NCBI GenBank assembly: GCA_963835575.1
Contig: CAWIGG010000005.1
Span: forward strand, 422,561-486,560
Source: an uncultured Spirochaetota bacterium
Lineage (GTDB): Bacteria; Spirochaetota; Brevinematia; Brevinematales; JAOACQ01
DNA length: 64,000 bases
Direction of reading: 5' to 3'
The translations under genes were made by a program, and so were the position numbers. Within the stretch, counting starts at the first letter, position 1. The number at the start of each line of letters is the position of its first letter. Below, one piece after another: positions 20,333 to 30,689 of this stretch. The notes beneath the pieces were generated by a model. That model made no database searches, was not told where the DNA came from, and saw only the letters and a program-made list of their open reading frames with translations.

Positions 20333-21348
20333 CAATTCTCGGCATCGAAACATCCTGCGATGAAACATCAGCGGCACTGGTTAAAGACGGAAAAATGATC
20401 CTTTCCAATATTGTCTATTCTCAGATCGAAATTCATAAAAAATATAACGGAGTTGTTCCGGAAATCGCTTCCAGGAACCATCTTCTTAAGATAACGGATA
20501 TACTGGATGACGCTGTAAAGGATTTCCCGCTTAAAGACATAGACGCCGTCGCCGTGACAAACGGGCCGGGCTTGATCGGAAGCCTGCTTGTCGGGCTTTC
20601 AACCGCCAAGGGAATAGCCTATTCCCTCAATAAGCCCCTTGTGCCGGTGAACCACATCGAGGCGCATATGTACGCCCCGCATCTTTTTTATGAAATACCG
20701 TTTCCCTATATCGGCCTAGTTGTTTCCGGAGGGCACACCCTGCTTTTCCTGGTGGAAAATTTCGGTAAAATGGAAATGATCGGCTCGACGATTGACGATG
20801 CCGCCGGCGAGGCGTACGATAAAGTGGCAAAACTTTTGGGCCTGGGTTATCCGGGCGGGCCCGTCATTGACCGGCTGGCGCAGGAAGGCGACGCTGCCAT
20901 CCTGAAAGAATTCGAAGACATGCCCTATCTCCTGCCGGACACTAAAAGGGACAGGTATAACTTCAGCTACAGCGGTCTTAAAACGGCCATTGCCTACCGC
21001 CTCAAGAGGCTGAAAGATCCGGAAAAAGAAAAAAAGAATGTGGCCGCCGTTTTTCAGAAAGCGGCCGTGGATATGCTCGCCAGAAAAGCCAAAAACGCCA
21101 TTCAGGATTATAATATTAAAACGCTTGTCATTTCAGGCGGCGTCGCGTCGAATTCCTCGCTGAGAAACCGGTTTAACGAAATGAAGCGGGATGGCGTTTC
21201 GGTGTATACAGCCCCTATTGAATACTGCAGCGACAACGCCGCGATGGTGGCCGGCCGCGGTTTTATCGACCTGAAACTCGGCAGGACCGGCGATATGCGG
21301 ACAGAGGCGTATTCGCGGCTTGAGTTTATCAGAAAGGGCAAGAGGTGA
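20329..21348 (+). CDS. tsaD: tRNA N6-adenosine threonylcarbamoyltransferase
   Basis: LGIETSCDET, NHIEAH, VSGGHT, DDAAGEAYDK, DNAAM. Confidence 0.96.
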   Translation: MTILGIETSCDETSAALVKDGKMILSNIVYSQIEIHKKYNGVVPEIASRNHLLKITDILDDAVKDFPLKDIDAVAVTNGPGLIGSLLVGLSTAKGIAYSLNKPLVPVNHIEAHMYAPHLFYEIPFPYIGLVVSGGHTLLFLVENFGKMEMIGSTIDDAAGEAYDKVAKLLGLGYPGGPVIDRLAQEGDAAILKEFEDMPYLLPDTKRDRYNFSYSGLKTAIAYRLKRLKDPEKEKKNVAAVFQKAAVDMLARKAKNAIQDYNIKTLVISGGVASNSSLRNRFNEMKRDGVSVYTAPIEYCSDNAAMVAGRGFIDLKLGRTGDMRTEAYSRLEFIRKGKR

Positions 21349-21359
21349 ATACCATTCGA

Positions 21360-22935
21360 CCTAAATTCCCAGAGTTCCGCGATTTCCGCTTGAAATCAGC
21401 CTTGCGCGGCACTGCTTGGCATCGGTTTATCATCCCAGTCTCGCGGCTGTTGCAATTACAAGCCTTGGCGATGCCTGAATACTCGTAAATCCACAAATTC
21501 CGCTGCTCCGGGCGCAACACACCCTTGTGGCGGCCTTCACATCATCCGGTTGGGAACTCGCTATATCTGCAGCTCACATAAGTGGCAGTAAAATTTCCGC
21601 CACCGGTCCTTATCCGCAAAATAACGGCTCAACACCAGTTTTACCTGATGGCCCTGTCTCACGATTTTCCCCGCAACCCGAATAAACCACGCCCGGAATG
21701 TTTCCGGTTCTTCCCGATGACTTTTCCGGTCAACCAGATACCGCAGCCAGATTCCAACGTTATACGCCAGCACGCTGCAGCTCCACAGAAAATCATTCAC
21801 CCAGAAATCTTGCGTCAGAAGCATCCCGGCGAACATCTGCTGCTTCACGGCTTCGATCCAGTTTTCACACGTACCCCGGTCACCGTAAAATTTATGGCCC
21901 TGCCAAGGTTTCAAACGCATATTCGTACAATAGCAAAAATAGTCATAAACCGCTTTCGGGAATACCAGCCCTTCCGTTTCTATCCGGATCAGCTTTCTGA
22001 CAGCTATGAACCGCCTCGCATGTTTCCATCCATGCGCCCGGTACTCAAATTCCGCCTGTTCCCAGCCGCTTCGATCCGGAACCGCTGTCCAACCCCTGTT
22101 TTCCAGAAACGCCGCGAGGTTTTTCATTTTGGCTTTGACCAGAAAAAAAGCCCCTTTCATTTCTTCGATGACATCGAAAATCCTTCCGTCGAAAAATCCG
22201 CTGTCCATCCGGAACACAAGTTTTTTCCAGCCGGTATGGAGTATTCCGTAAATGTGCCGGATAAATTCAGGCGCGTTATTCGCTGTGTAAGCGTCGCCCG
22301 GCCTGAAATAGGAGAGAATACATTCCCTTGTGCTGTTCAGGAATGCCAGAAGCGGATGATAGCTCTTCGCTCCCTTTTTATGCGGATTGTAGCCTGCCGC
22401 CGCTCCTTCCTGGCTTCCGTAAACCGTCTTGACGGTCGAATCGCAGTCCACGATTTTCGTTTTTACCCGGAACTTCGCGTGGACTTTGCGGGAAAGCTTT
22501 CCGTTCAACTCATTCATCGCGTAAGATTCTTTCATACCAACGTTTTCAATCCGCTTGATGATCGTAGAATCACTGATCGGCCCTTTCAAGCCCAGAGCTG
22601 CCCGGAACAATGGATCTTCAGTAAAATTCTCGACCTTCTTGATCCGGTTATACCCTGCCATCAGCGCGCACACGATTCCCGTAATAATTTGCTCGAACGA
22701 GAATTTCTGGTTACAATATTCCCGCGCTGGAATAAATTTTTTGAGCAACTGATTGAACCCAATCTTTTTCAAAAATACCAGCACGGGATAAATCCCGCTC
22801 ACGCTGCTCAAATCCTGCGCCGTAAAACCAACTTTGATATTTTTCACCATTTGGGTGCTCCTTCTGTTGTTTTGTATCGCAATATATTATAACAGATTGG
22901 AGCCCCATTTGGTACTTTTACTTTGGGAATTTAGG
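21360..22935 (-). mobile_element. IS1380-family element (copy 1)
   Basis: Terminal IRs CCTAAATTCCCAGAGT / CCTAAATTCCCAAAGT (15 of 16); flanks TTCGA / TTCTA. Confidence 0.9.
21561..22850 (-). CDS. IS1380-family transposase
   Basis: VDCDST, QEGA..GYN, YHPL, RMDSGF, Y..RG..EN.I...K. Confidence 0.93.
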   Translation of the reverse strand: MVKNIKVGFTAQDLSSVSGIYPVLVFLKKIGFNQLLKKFIPAREYCNQKFSFEQIITGIVCALMAGYNRIKKVENFTEDPLFRAALGLKGPISDSTIIKRIENVGMKESYAMNELNGKLSRKVHAKFRVKTKIVDCDSTVKTVYGSQEGAAAGYNPHKKGAKSYHPLLAFLNSTRECILSYFRPGDAYTANNAPEFIRHIYGILHTGWKKLVFRMDSGFFDGRIFDVIEEMKGAFFLVKAKMKNLAAFLENRGWTAVPDRSGWEQAEFEYRAHGWKHARRFIAVRKLIRIETEGLVFPKAVYDYFCYCTNMRLKPWQGHKFYGDRGTCENWIEAVKQQMFAGMLLTQDFWVNDFLWSCSVLAYNVGIWLRYLVDRKSHREEPETFRAWFIRVAGKIVRQGHQVKLVLSRYFADKDRWRKFYCHLCELQI

Positions 22936-22988
22936 TTCTATTATTCACCGGAAAGATACGCCGTTAATTTATGGAGGTCTGAAATCAT

Positions 22989-24303
22989 ATGAGAAATAAT
23001 ATAATCCACCCGGGAGCGGATGAGCTGACCTATGAAATCCGGGAGATCGTCGAGATCGGCAATAAAATTGAAAAAACAGGGGTCAATATCTACTGGGAGA
23101 ATATCGGCGACCCGGTAGCCAAGGGGGAAGAAGTTCCGGTATGGATCAGGGAAATCATCGCCGGTCTGGTGAGAAACGATAATCTCAGTTTCGGCTATTC
23201 GCCCACAAAAGGCTTGCTGGCAACCCGTGAATATATCGCCCGGGAGCGCAACCTCGAGGGAGGGGCGCAGATCAGTCCGGATGATATCCTGTTTTTTAAC
23301 GGGCTGGGCGACGCGATATCTACCGTTTATAACTATCTCAATAAAAACGCCCGTGTGATCGGTCCCAACCCCGCTTATTCAACGCATTCATCGGCGGAAG
23401 CGGCGCACTCGGGTTCACAGCACATTACATACCGCCTCGATCCGGATAACAACTGGTACCCGGAGATCGGCGATCTGCGCGCGCAGATCAAGAAGCGCCC
23501 CGAAATCAGCGGCATCCTGATCGTCAATCCGGACAATCCGACAGGTATGGTTTATTCGAAGGATGTTATCAAGCAGGTGGTGGATATCGCCCGGGAATTT
23601 GATCTTTTTATCATTTCCGATGAGATATATTCCAACCTGTTCTATGGAGGTTCTGTCCACAACAAGCTGGCTTCCGTGATCGATAAAGTACCCGGCATTG
23701 CCATGCGGGGTATATCCAAGGAGTTTCCCTGGCCCGGCGCCCGGCGCGCGGTGCGGCTGGGTTGAATTTTACAACCGTGAAAGGGACGCCTCGTTTGCCC
23801 GTTATGCCAAGACCATCATAGACGCCAAAATGCTCGAGGTTTGTTCCACTACGCTGCCTCAGAAAGCGCTGCCGGAAATCATGTCGGACCCGCGCTATTA
23901 TCCCTATCTGGCAGAGCGAAACGCCCGTTACTGGGAAAAGTCGCAGCTCGCGTACAGCCTGTTCTCGGAAGTGCCCGGCCTCAAGCTCAATAAGGCTTAC
24001 GGCGCTTTCTACATGACGGTGCTTTTTAAGGAAGGCTCGCTGCGAAAGGGACAATATCTCAAGCCGGCCAATAAAGCGGCAGGGGAGATTATCAAGCCTC
24101 TGGCTGATTCTCCCGGTCTGGACAAGTGCTTTGTATACCACCTGCTGGCCTCAAGGGGCATCTGTATCGTCCCGCTTTCATCGGGCTTTAACTCTGATCT
24201 GTACGGTTTCAGAATTACGCTCCTTGAACCGGATATCAGTAAATTCAAATTTATTATGCGCGAAATCGCTGACGCGGCAAAGGAGTATATGAACTCAAAA
24301 TAA
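22989..24303 (+). pseudogene. Class I/II PLP aminotransferase, frameshifted by a 7-bp duplication
   Basis: ORFs 22989-23765 and 23698-24303 join as SKEFPWPGARCGW when one CCCGGCG copy (23733-23746) is removed. Confidence 0.88.
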
Positions 24304-24409
24304 CCGGTGAAGGATCCCATCCGGCAAGCTGAATATAAACATAGTTTTCGTTGAGTTTTAATTTTTGCGGCATGGCGAAAGTGCGGTCATATTCCGGATA
24401 ATGGTTGAA

Positions 24410-24674
24410 TCATTGCCTCTGGGATTTCAAATTCATTTTCTTTGCTGATATCCCGAGAAAAATCCATGAATAACCGAACGCCGGCGCGAGTCCGCCGAAA
24501 ATGTCCGCTACATAATGCTGTTTGATAAAAACCGTTGAAAGGACGATGCCCGCCGCCCTGAATATTAATTCCAGTATTGCAAAAATAAGAAATATAATTA
24601 TAAAATTAGACAGGATAAAAACAACCAGAAAATACTGGTTTGACGGATCCTACTTTTTTATTTTTCCCGTTCAT
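24410..24674 (-). pseudogene. Chimeric remnant: 5' end of an SGNH paralog fused to the 3' end of a PAP2-family gene
   Basis: 24545-24760 is an inverted diverged copy of 1559-1773; the frame continues as GIVLSTVFIKQHYVADIFGG. Confidence 0.75.
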
Positions 24675-24933
24675 TGCAAATCTCCAGAAATGGTGATATT
24701 ATTAAGCTGTCAGCCTGAGGCTGGATATTTTAACCGCGGGAAGGAAATAATTCAAGAAAAAGGAAAATTATACCGTTATAATTACCGTAAACGGAAATAT
24801 GCTCTTACTGACGGCTCATAATATTAATGTTTATTAGATTCCCTTAATAAAAATTCCTTCCGCTTCTTTGCAGGTTTTATATATCTATTATATAATAATT
24901 CTCAGCAAGTTATTTCATTAGAGGAGATCTCAT

Positions 24934-25488
24934 ATGCTGAAAAAAGGAAAATTATCTGCTATATTTTTCATAACCGCGTTATTATTCGCTTTTTCTTTGG
25001 CATTCGCGGAGAATAAGGCTTTTAAAAATTACGCGATAGGTTTTGACAGCACTTATACGTTCCCCGCTCTCTATTATGGAGGGTTTGGCGGAGGGTTTGA
25101 GGCTGAAATGCTGGCTTCCGGGGTTATATCATTAGCGGCCGATTTCGGGTACGAGTATGTCAGGTATAATGAAACCGGAGCGACAAATAATAACCAGCTC
25201 ATATACGCTTCCATCGGCGGCCGCCTTTATATGTCATATGACGCCATTAAAGGTCCTTTCCTTGGATTGCTTGTTGGGGTCCGGTTTGATATAATAAATG
25301 GGGTTACCTATCCCCGTTTTATAGCGCCGCTTGAATTCGGCTGGAAGATCGTTTTTGATAATACAGGCGGGCTTTATATTGAGCCGCTGGTTAAAGTGGT
25401 CATGTTGCCTTACTATGACAGCGTAAACGTTTCCTTACAGAATGAATATGCCCTGTTATTGGGCGTTAATATCGGCGCGGCTTTCTGA
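24934..25488 (+). CDS. Small outer-membrane beta-barrel protein
   Basis: GAGGAG RBS, signal peptide ending AFA, amphipathic strands, terminal Phe. Confidence 0.72.
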   Translation: MLKKGKLSAIFFITALLFAFSLAFAENKAFKNYAIGFDSTYTFPALYYGGFGGGFEAEMLASGVISLAADFGYEYVRYNETGATNNNQLIYASIGGRLYMSYDAIKGPFLGLLVGVRFDIINGVTYPRFIAPLEFGWKIVFDNTGGLYIEPLVKVVMLPYYDSVNVSLQNEYALLLGVNIGAAF

Positions 25489-25556
25489 GTCTTAATGGGA
25501 ATATGATCATGAGGCTTTTTAAGCCGAAAATTTTTTTTCAAATAATAAATTTTCAC

Positions 25557-25585
25557 TTGACATTTGTGAATTTTCTTGGTATAGT
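25557..25585 (+). promoter_or_regulatory. Strong sigma70-type promoter
   Basis: TTGACA-17 bp-TATAGT with TG extension. Confidence 0.75.
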
Positions 25586-25616
25586 AATGCAAAAATTTTT
25601 ATAGGAGGATTTTCTG

Positions 25617-27194
25617 ATGAAGAGAATTTTAGTAGTTCTAGCTCTGCTTGCTTTATGCAGCATGGGTTTCTCTGTCAGCGGTAAGGTTTATGGCCGTCTT
25701 GTACCGTCAAACTGGGGTTATGGTGCCCAAAGCAACGACGGTTCAACTTGGTATGCCAGTGAAAACTGGTGGGGCATCCCGCTGGATGACCTGAGAGTCG
25801 GCCGCCAGGGTACTGGCGTCAGCGTGAACTTTGATTCCTTCACGCTGGATTATAAGTTGAGAGCTCCGCTCACATCTGGCTATGGCCTTGATATTGTCAG
25901 CATGGTTGTTGGTGCGGCTCCTACAGTTTATGTTAACGCGGCTGGTTCAATCAACTACAAAGGCGGCGGCGGACTTGATGTAAATGGCAAGCCTTTAAAG
26001 GCGACTTCTCCCGGTTATTTCCAGATCAGCGGTTTAAAGTTCGGTTCCGTTGATTTGGCTATCGGCGCTTCATGGTGGACCCTCGGACAGGGTGTCACCT
26101 CTTTTGCTACAAATCCTGCTCCCGCGATATCAACCAATGCCGACATGAACAGTTCTGTCGGTTACAACCTTTTCGCTATTGACGTGGCCTACAACATCCA
26201 GATCGGCGATCTGAGCATCAACGCGCATCCCTGGAACAAAGCTGATTTTTATTTCTGGACGGGTGGGGCGGTAAAGAATGACAATCATGCCGGTTTAACA
26301 AACAATGGTTCTGCCGGCGGTTTCCAAATGCTAGTGCCTGTGGTAATTGACTACTCTATGGAAGCTTTCAGCCTTGAAATTTACACAAAGTGGGCTGCTA
26401 ATATCAGCGGCTATGCAGCTAATGGAGTAGCAGATGTTCAGACAGTTTCATTCGACCAGTCTACCACTAATGATCAGGGGACTATGAATGGGACCAATAA
26501 TAGTTCCACTTCAATGTTTAACGGCGGCGGCGTTGTTAAATTAGGCTATGTTGTCAATGAACTGGTTTCTATTTATGCCGCGATCGGTTTCGAATCTGAT
26601 AACCAAACAGTAGTATCAATTCTCAGCAGCGGTGCAGGTGCAATGACTAATACCCATGCTACTTCTTTGATGTTTATGCCTATTTTCGGCGGAGTAGCCC
26701 TGGCTGTTTCTCCCGCTTTGACTTTCAACCTCGGCCTGGGTTATGACATTGTTCTCAGCGGTTCAGACACAGTAATAAATGCGACAGCTGGTGGCGCTAC
26801 TACTAATTATAATTTGACTGCCGGCAGCCGCTTCCAGAGCGAATGGGATACTTATGAAATGCATGCTTACTACCATCCTCTCATTAAATTCGCCGCCAAT
26901 ACCAAGTTCGCCGGCGACTTCAGCGCAGGACTTGTTTATGCTATTATGCTCAACGACCCGAATGGCTGCGGCGACAACGGCGGTTACCTGGACCAGACCA
27001 AACAGGACGTTTATGGTCATACAACATACAGCAACTGGCTGAACTTTGTAAACATTCCTGACTTTGATGCATACGGCGGAAGCTGTGCATACATCGGTTA
27101 TGCTAAAGACAATTATGAAGTAAAGGGATGGTTCGGTAATGAAACACAGCTCGCTGGTTTATTCTCAGCTATTGATTTCACAATTAAGTACTAG
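25617..27194 (+). CDS. Large outer-membrane/surface protein, probably abundant and porin-like
   Basis: Strong promoter, AGGAGG RBS, signal peptide, Gly/Asn/aromatic-rich beta strands, C-terminal DFTIKY, own terminator. Confidence 0.7.
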   Translation: MKRILVVLALLALCSMGFSVSGKVYGRLVPSNWGYGAQSNDGSTWYASENWWGIPLDDLRVGRQGTGVSVNFDSFTLDYKLRAPLTSGYGLDIVSMVVGAAPTVYVNAAGSINYKGGGGLDVNGKPLKATSPGYFQISGLKFGSVDLAIGASWWTLGQGVTSFATNPAPAISTNADMNSSVGYNLFAIDVAYNIQIGDLSINAHPWNKADFYFWTGGAVKNDNHAGLTNNGSAGGFQMLVPVVIDYSMEAFSLEIYTKWAANISGYAANGVADVQTVSFDQSTTNDQGTMNGTNNSSTSMFNGGGVVKLGYVVNELVSIYAAIGFESDNQTVVSILSSGAGAMTNTHATSLMFMPIFGGVALAVSPALTFNLGLGYDIVLSGSDTVINATAGGATTNYNLTAGSRFQSEWDTYEMHAYYHPLIKFAANTKFAGDFSAGLVYAIMLNDPNGCGDNGGYLDQTKQDVYGHTTYSNWLNFVNIPDFDAYGGSCAYIGYAKDNYEVKGWFGNETQLAGLFSAIDFTIKY

Positions 27195-27214
27195 AGCTTA
27201 TTAACTGAATACAG

Positions 27215-27246
27215 GCGGCGGAGCTTTGCTCCGCCGCTTTTTTTTT
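27215..27246 (+). terminator. Intrinsic terminator
   Basis: GCGGCGGAGC-TTT-GCTCCGCCGC followed by T9. Confidence 0.9.
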
Positions 27247-27482
27247 GCAGATTTCAGCGCTATCCGTCAAAAGCCGTCATTTCAATTACGGTCTTTATGC
27301 TTTAATTCTTGTTTTTTTAGTAAACCATAAAAATAATTCGCATTTTCGCATCTTTATTAATGATTTTTGACCTTAAGGATTATATAACAAAACATGGGGA
27401 GCATATGAAAGATAATGTTAAATTGAATATTTCCCGGTAATATGATAAGATAATATTAGTAAAAACTAATAAGGAGATAATT

Positions 27483-28046
27483 ATGGTTCATAAGTTCAAT
27501 GCAAGATTGCTCATTATGATGATGGCTTTAACAGCTGCCGTATACGGCTGCGATTTTATCAATAGCCTGGGCAGCGCTAAAATTGTAAAGCCTGAAGAGA
27601 TGAGGCATTATAAACCGGATAACACTCTCGTCGTTTTTTCGGTCAACCGCACCAGGATGCCTTTCTTATCAACAGTCATGCTTATGCTGGTCAGCGCCCC
27701 AACCATTTCTGTATTTCCATCTCAGGATAAAAGTTTTTTTATCGCTGATATACCCTGTACATGCAAAGGGATAAACCGCGTAGGTGTTATAATCGACCCT
27801 CAGACGCCGGAAGATTGGTTTGATGATTATACATGCGGCTTCACGCTTGAATCAAACAAGCTCAATTATCTCGGCCAGTTTATTTTTATACTGGATCCCG
27901 ATACTGACAAGCAGCGGGACAAGATGATTGTGACAAATTGTCTGGCTGACGACAAAGAATGGTTTCTGGAATACTATCCCTCTTTATCCAACAAAGAATT
28001 TGTCAGCGTTCCTGTGACCAACGGCTTGTTTTACCGTATAAGGTAA
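27483..28046 (+). CDS. Hypothetical lipoprotein
   Basis: AAGGAG RBS, signal peptide with VYGC lipobox. Confidence 0.7.
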   Translation: MVHKFNARLLIMMMALTAAVYGCDFINSLGSAKIVKPEEMRHYKPDNTLVVFSVNRTRMPFLSTVMLMLVSAPTISVFPSQDKSFFIADIPCTCKGINRVGVIIDPQTPEDWFDDYTCGFTLESNKLNYLGQFIFILDPDTDKQRDKMIVTNCLADDKEWFLEYYPSLSNKEFVSVPVTNGLFYRIR

Positions 28047-28082
28047 AAAAACATGGTACAAGGGATTTAAGGAGCTGCTTCA

Positions 28083-28679
28083 ATGAAGAAAATATTCTTT
28101 TTGATGATAATGTTTATCTGCCCTTTCGTATTGATTTCGTCCTGCGGCTTGAATTATAAGCAAAATCTGGATCCTTCCGCTTTAAGTAAAAGCGGCGTGG
28201 AAAATTCGGCATATTTGTATGGAACGTATGAGTATGAAATGAAATCTCCGATGCTTGATGGAAATGACGGGGGATTTTTAGCTCTTGAGATTTATCCGGC
28301 CGGACAAACTGATGAAAAGCCTTTTCTCATACAAATGGACCATGATAACGGGTTTTATTTATATTCATTGAAACCCGGTCATTATGAAATCCGTCAGCTG
28401 GTTTATCTATACCAGAATCAACCGATGCCTGTCAAATCCATAAAGGACTTTATTATTGAAGTCAAAGAAAAGGAAATGATATATATGGGGAAAAACTTTC
28501 TTTATTTGAAAATTGATACCGGAACAGCCATCACGATCGGGATTCATTCCAACACAAATGAGACGGAAGCGGATCTTGAGTCGTTCCGGCAAAAAACCGG
28601 CGAAACAAATAATAACTCTATTAAAAGCTGTACCAATACGATTAATATTCCCAGGCAGGTTTTTTCCCAGCTTGATTGA
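28083..28679 (+). CDS. Hypothetical lipoprotein
   Basis: AAGGAG RBS, ISSC lipobox, LKPGHYEI and IYMG beta-sandwich-like motifs. Confidence 0.7.
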   Translation: MKKIFFLMIMFICPFVLISSCGLNYKQNLDPSALSKSGVENSAYLYGTYEYEMKSPMLDGNDGGFLALEIYPAGQTDEKPFLIQMDHDNGFYLYSLKPGHYEIRQLVYLYQNQPMPVKSIKDFIIEVKEKEMIYMGKNFLYLKIDTGTAITIGIHSNTNETEADLESFRQKTGETNNNSIKSCTNTINIPRQVFSQLD

Positions 28680-28889
28680 CACGATGTAAATAACTTATGG
28701 CAGACGGGCTATTAAGCCGGAAAATTTCCACTTCACACACGGGTCACCGCCGAAGCGTGATAAAGAATCCATTACTGCAAAATATAAGCAAAAAAAGTAA
28801 AGCGTAAAACGGTGTCCCGAACCTGTGAAATACATGTATTTAGAGTCTGTTGATGCGTCTTTAAGATAATTAGTCATCAGGAATATGAC

Positions 28890-30680
28890 ATGAAAAAACT
28901 TAAAAAAGTATTTTTTATATTAATATTCACAGGCTTAATAGTTGTATTCCTTATCTTTATTGAAATAGGCCTCCGTATCGCCGGCGCCGGCATAGACACC
29001 AGCCCGTTTGTGCGCCACCCTTATATGAGGCAGTTTTATGTTGACAATAAGGATTTCAGGAATAAATATTACAACCGTGTAGTGGACCTGTCCAGACAGC
29101 CTGTCAAAAACGTATTCGCTTTCGAAAAAAAACCGGGCGTCCTGCGGGGTTTTGTCATCGGCGGTTCGACAGCCGAGGGCTTCCCTTACTATTCCAACCA
29201 TTCGTTTTCGAAAATCCTGGAAACGGCCCTGCGTGAATCCGGAAAATATGCCGGCGTAGAAGTGCTAAACATGGGCTTTTCCGCCATGTCGTCATACTAT
29301 GACGCTGACGCGGCAGAAAAGCTTCTTGAATATAAACCGGATTTTATCATTATCTATTCCGGCCATAATGAGTACTATGGAACAATCAGCGCCACAACAG
29401 GCGGTAATTATTTTACAAAAAAGCTGTATCTCGCCCTGAAAGAACTGCGGATTTTCCAGCTGCTTTTCAACCTGATCGGCGATCTCACGCGCCCTAAAGG
29501 AATGGAAAACCGCACAATGATGGCGGAACAATTCAATAATACGATGCTGCCGAGGGACGAAAAACTGGATTCCCGTACCGCGGGCGAATTTATTCGGAAT
29601 CTCGATTCGATTGTCAGGCTTTATTCTCAAAACAAAATTCATGTCATTGTTGTCGATCCGGCATGCAATCTGATAGATATGCCTCCTTTTAGTTCAGACA
29701 GCGGGCAAAATGCAGATAATACCCGGATTTCGAATTTTATAAAAGAATATTATAACAAATTAATCCTGGGGAGTCCGCAAGAGGTTTTAAATATTTTTAA
29801 AGAAAGGCAAACACATCCTGAGTATAATAAAAATTCCCTCGTCCTCTATCTTGATGCCGAAGCTAAAGAAAAGCTTTTCAAGGATGATTCCGTTTCCAAT
29901 TATATTCTGGCTAAAGACTATGATGCGGTACCATTCAGGGCCAGGAGCGAGCTAAATACATTACTTTCAAATTATTCCGCGAAAAATGAAGGCCCTGCTA
30001 ATCCCTATTTTCATTATGTACCGCTGCAGAATATACTGAAAGCCTGGTATGGGCATAGAATCCTGGGCAACAATATTTTTCTTGATCATGTACACTATAA
30101 CTGGCCTGGTCATGTTCTGATAGCGCGGATCCTGGCCGAAAAAATCGCTATAGTGTATAAATATGATGATAAAGAAAAGAAAAAGCTGATCAGTTTCTTT
30201 GAAAATCCGGATACCGTTCGGCAGAAGCTTTTCTTCACGCCGCTTCATGAAATGTACGGATATTATTCAATCCTGACTTTATCCAGACAGCCGCCGTTTT
30301 CCACTATGCGGATTCCATTCATTCCCGCGCCGCCCATAAAAAATCCCTTTTTCAAGAATACAAATATTTTGAATCTGCCCGAAGAGCAGGCGTTCAATAA
30401 TATTATTAATGATTATATCGAAAAGAAAGATTATACAAACGCCTTTTTTTATATCAATTCCATTATGCAGGTTTATCAGGCCGAGTACCGTAATTTTCTT
30501 GCGCTTGCCCAGTTTCAGGAAATGATAAAGAACGAAGATGCCATCTATAATTATATTACCGCGTATATCCTTTCGGGAAGGGACAGGGAAGTTTATAAAC
30601 AGATGGAAACCTGCCTTCTCAATTTCGGCAGGTCGGATTTAATCAAAACAATCACCGACAAATACGGCGAGCCGAGATAG
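28890..30680 (+). CDS. Membrane-anchored SGNH/GDSL hydrolase-like protein, paralog of 1645-3456
   Basis: IGGSTAEGFP, YSGHNEYYG, PACNLIDMPPF, DHVH; colinear with the first paralog. Confidence 0.82.
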   Translation: MKKLKKVFFILIFTGLIVVFLIFIEIGLRIAGAGIDTSPFVRHPYMRQFYVDNKDFRNKYYNRVVDLSRQPVKNVFAFEKKPGVLRGFVIGGSTAEGFPYYSNHSFSKILETALRESGKYAGVEVLNMGFSAMSSYYDADAAEKLLEYKPDFIIIYSGHNEYYGTISATTGGNYFTKKLYLALKELRIFQLLFNLIGDLTRPKGMENRTMMAEQFNNTMLPRDEKLDSRTAGEFIRNLDSIVRLYSQNKIHVIVVDPACNLIDMPPFSSDSGQNADNTRISNFIKEYYNKLILGSPQEVLNIFKERQTHPEYNKNSLVLYLDAEAKEKLFKDDSVSNYILAKDYDAVPFRARSELNTLLSNYSAKNEGPANPYFHYVPLQNILKAWYGHRILGNNIFLDHVHYNWPGHVLIARILAEKIAIVYKYDDKEKKKLISFFENPDTVRQKLFFTPLHEMYGYYSILTLSRQPPFSTMRIPFIPAPPIKNPFFKNTNILNLPEEQAFNNIINDYIEKKDYTNAFFYINSIMQVYQAEYRNFLALAQFQEMIKNEDAIYNYITAYILSGRDREVYKQMETCLLNFGRSDLIKTITDKYGEPR

Positions 30681-30689
30681 ATAAATTAA

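Noticed and set aside
21582..22892. 436-aa ORF antisense to the IS1380 transposase
   Set aside because: Codon-aligned shadow frame with no recognisable motifs or RBS; explained by the sense gene lacking TTA/CTA/TCA codons
24522..24821. 99-aa plus-strand ORF
   Set aside because: Antisense to the SGNH/PAP2 remnant; no RBS or motifs
28697..28807. 36-codon ORF between the lipoprotein and SGNH genes
   Set aside because: No RBS and no recognisable features
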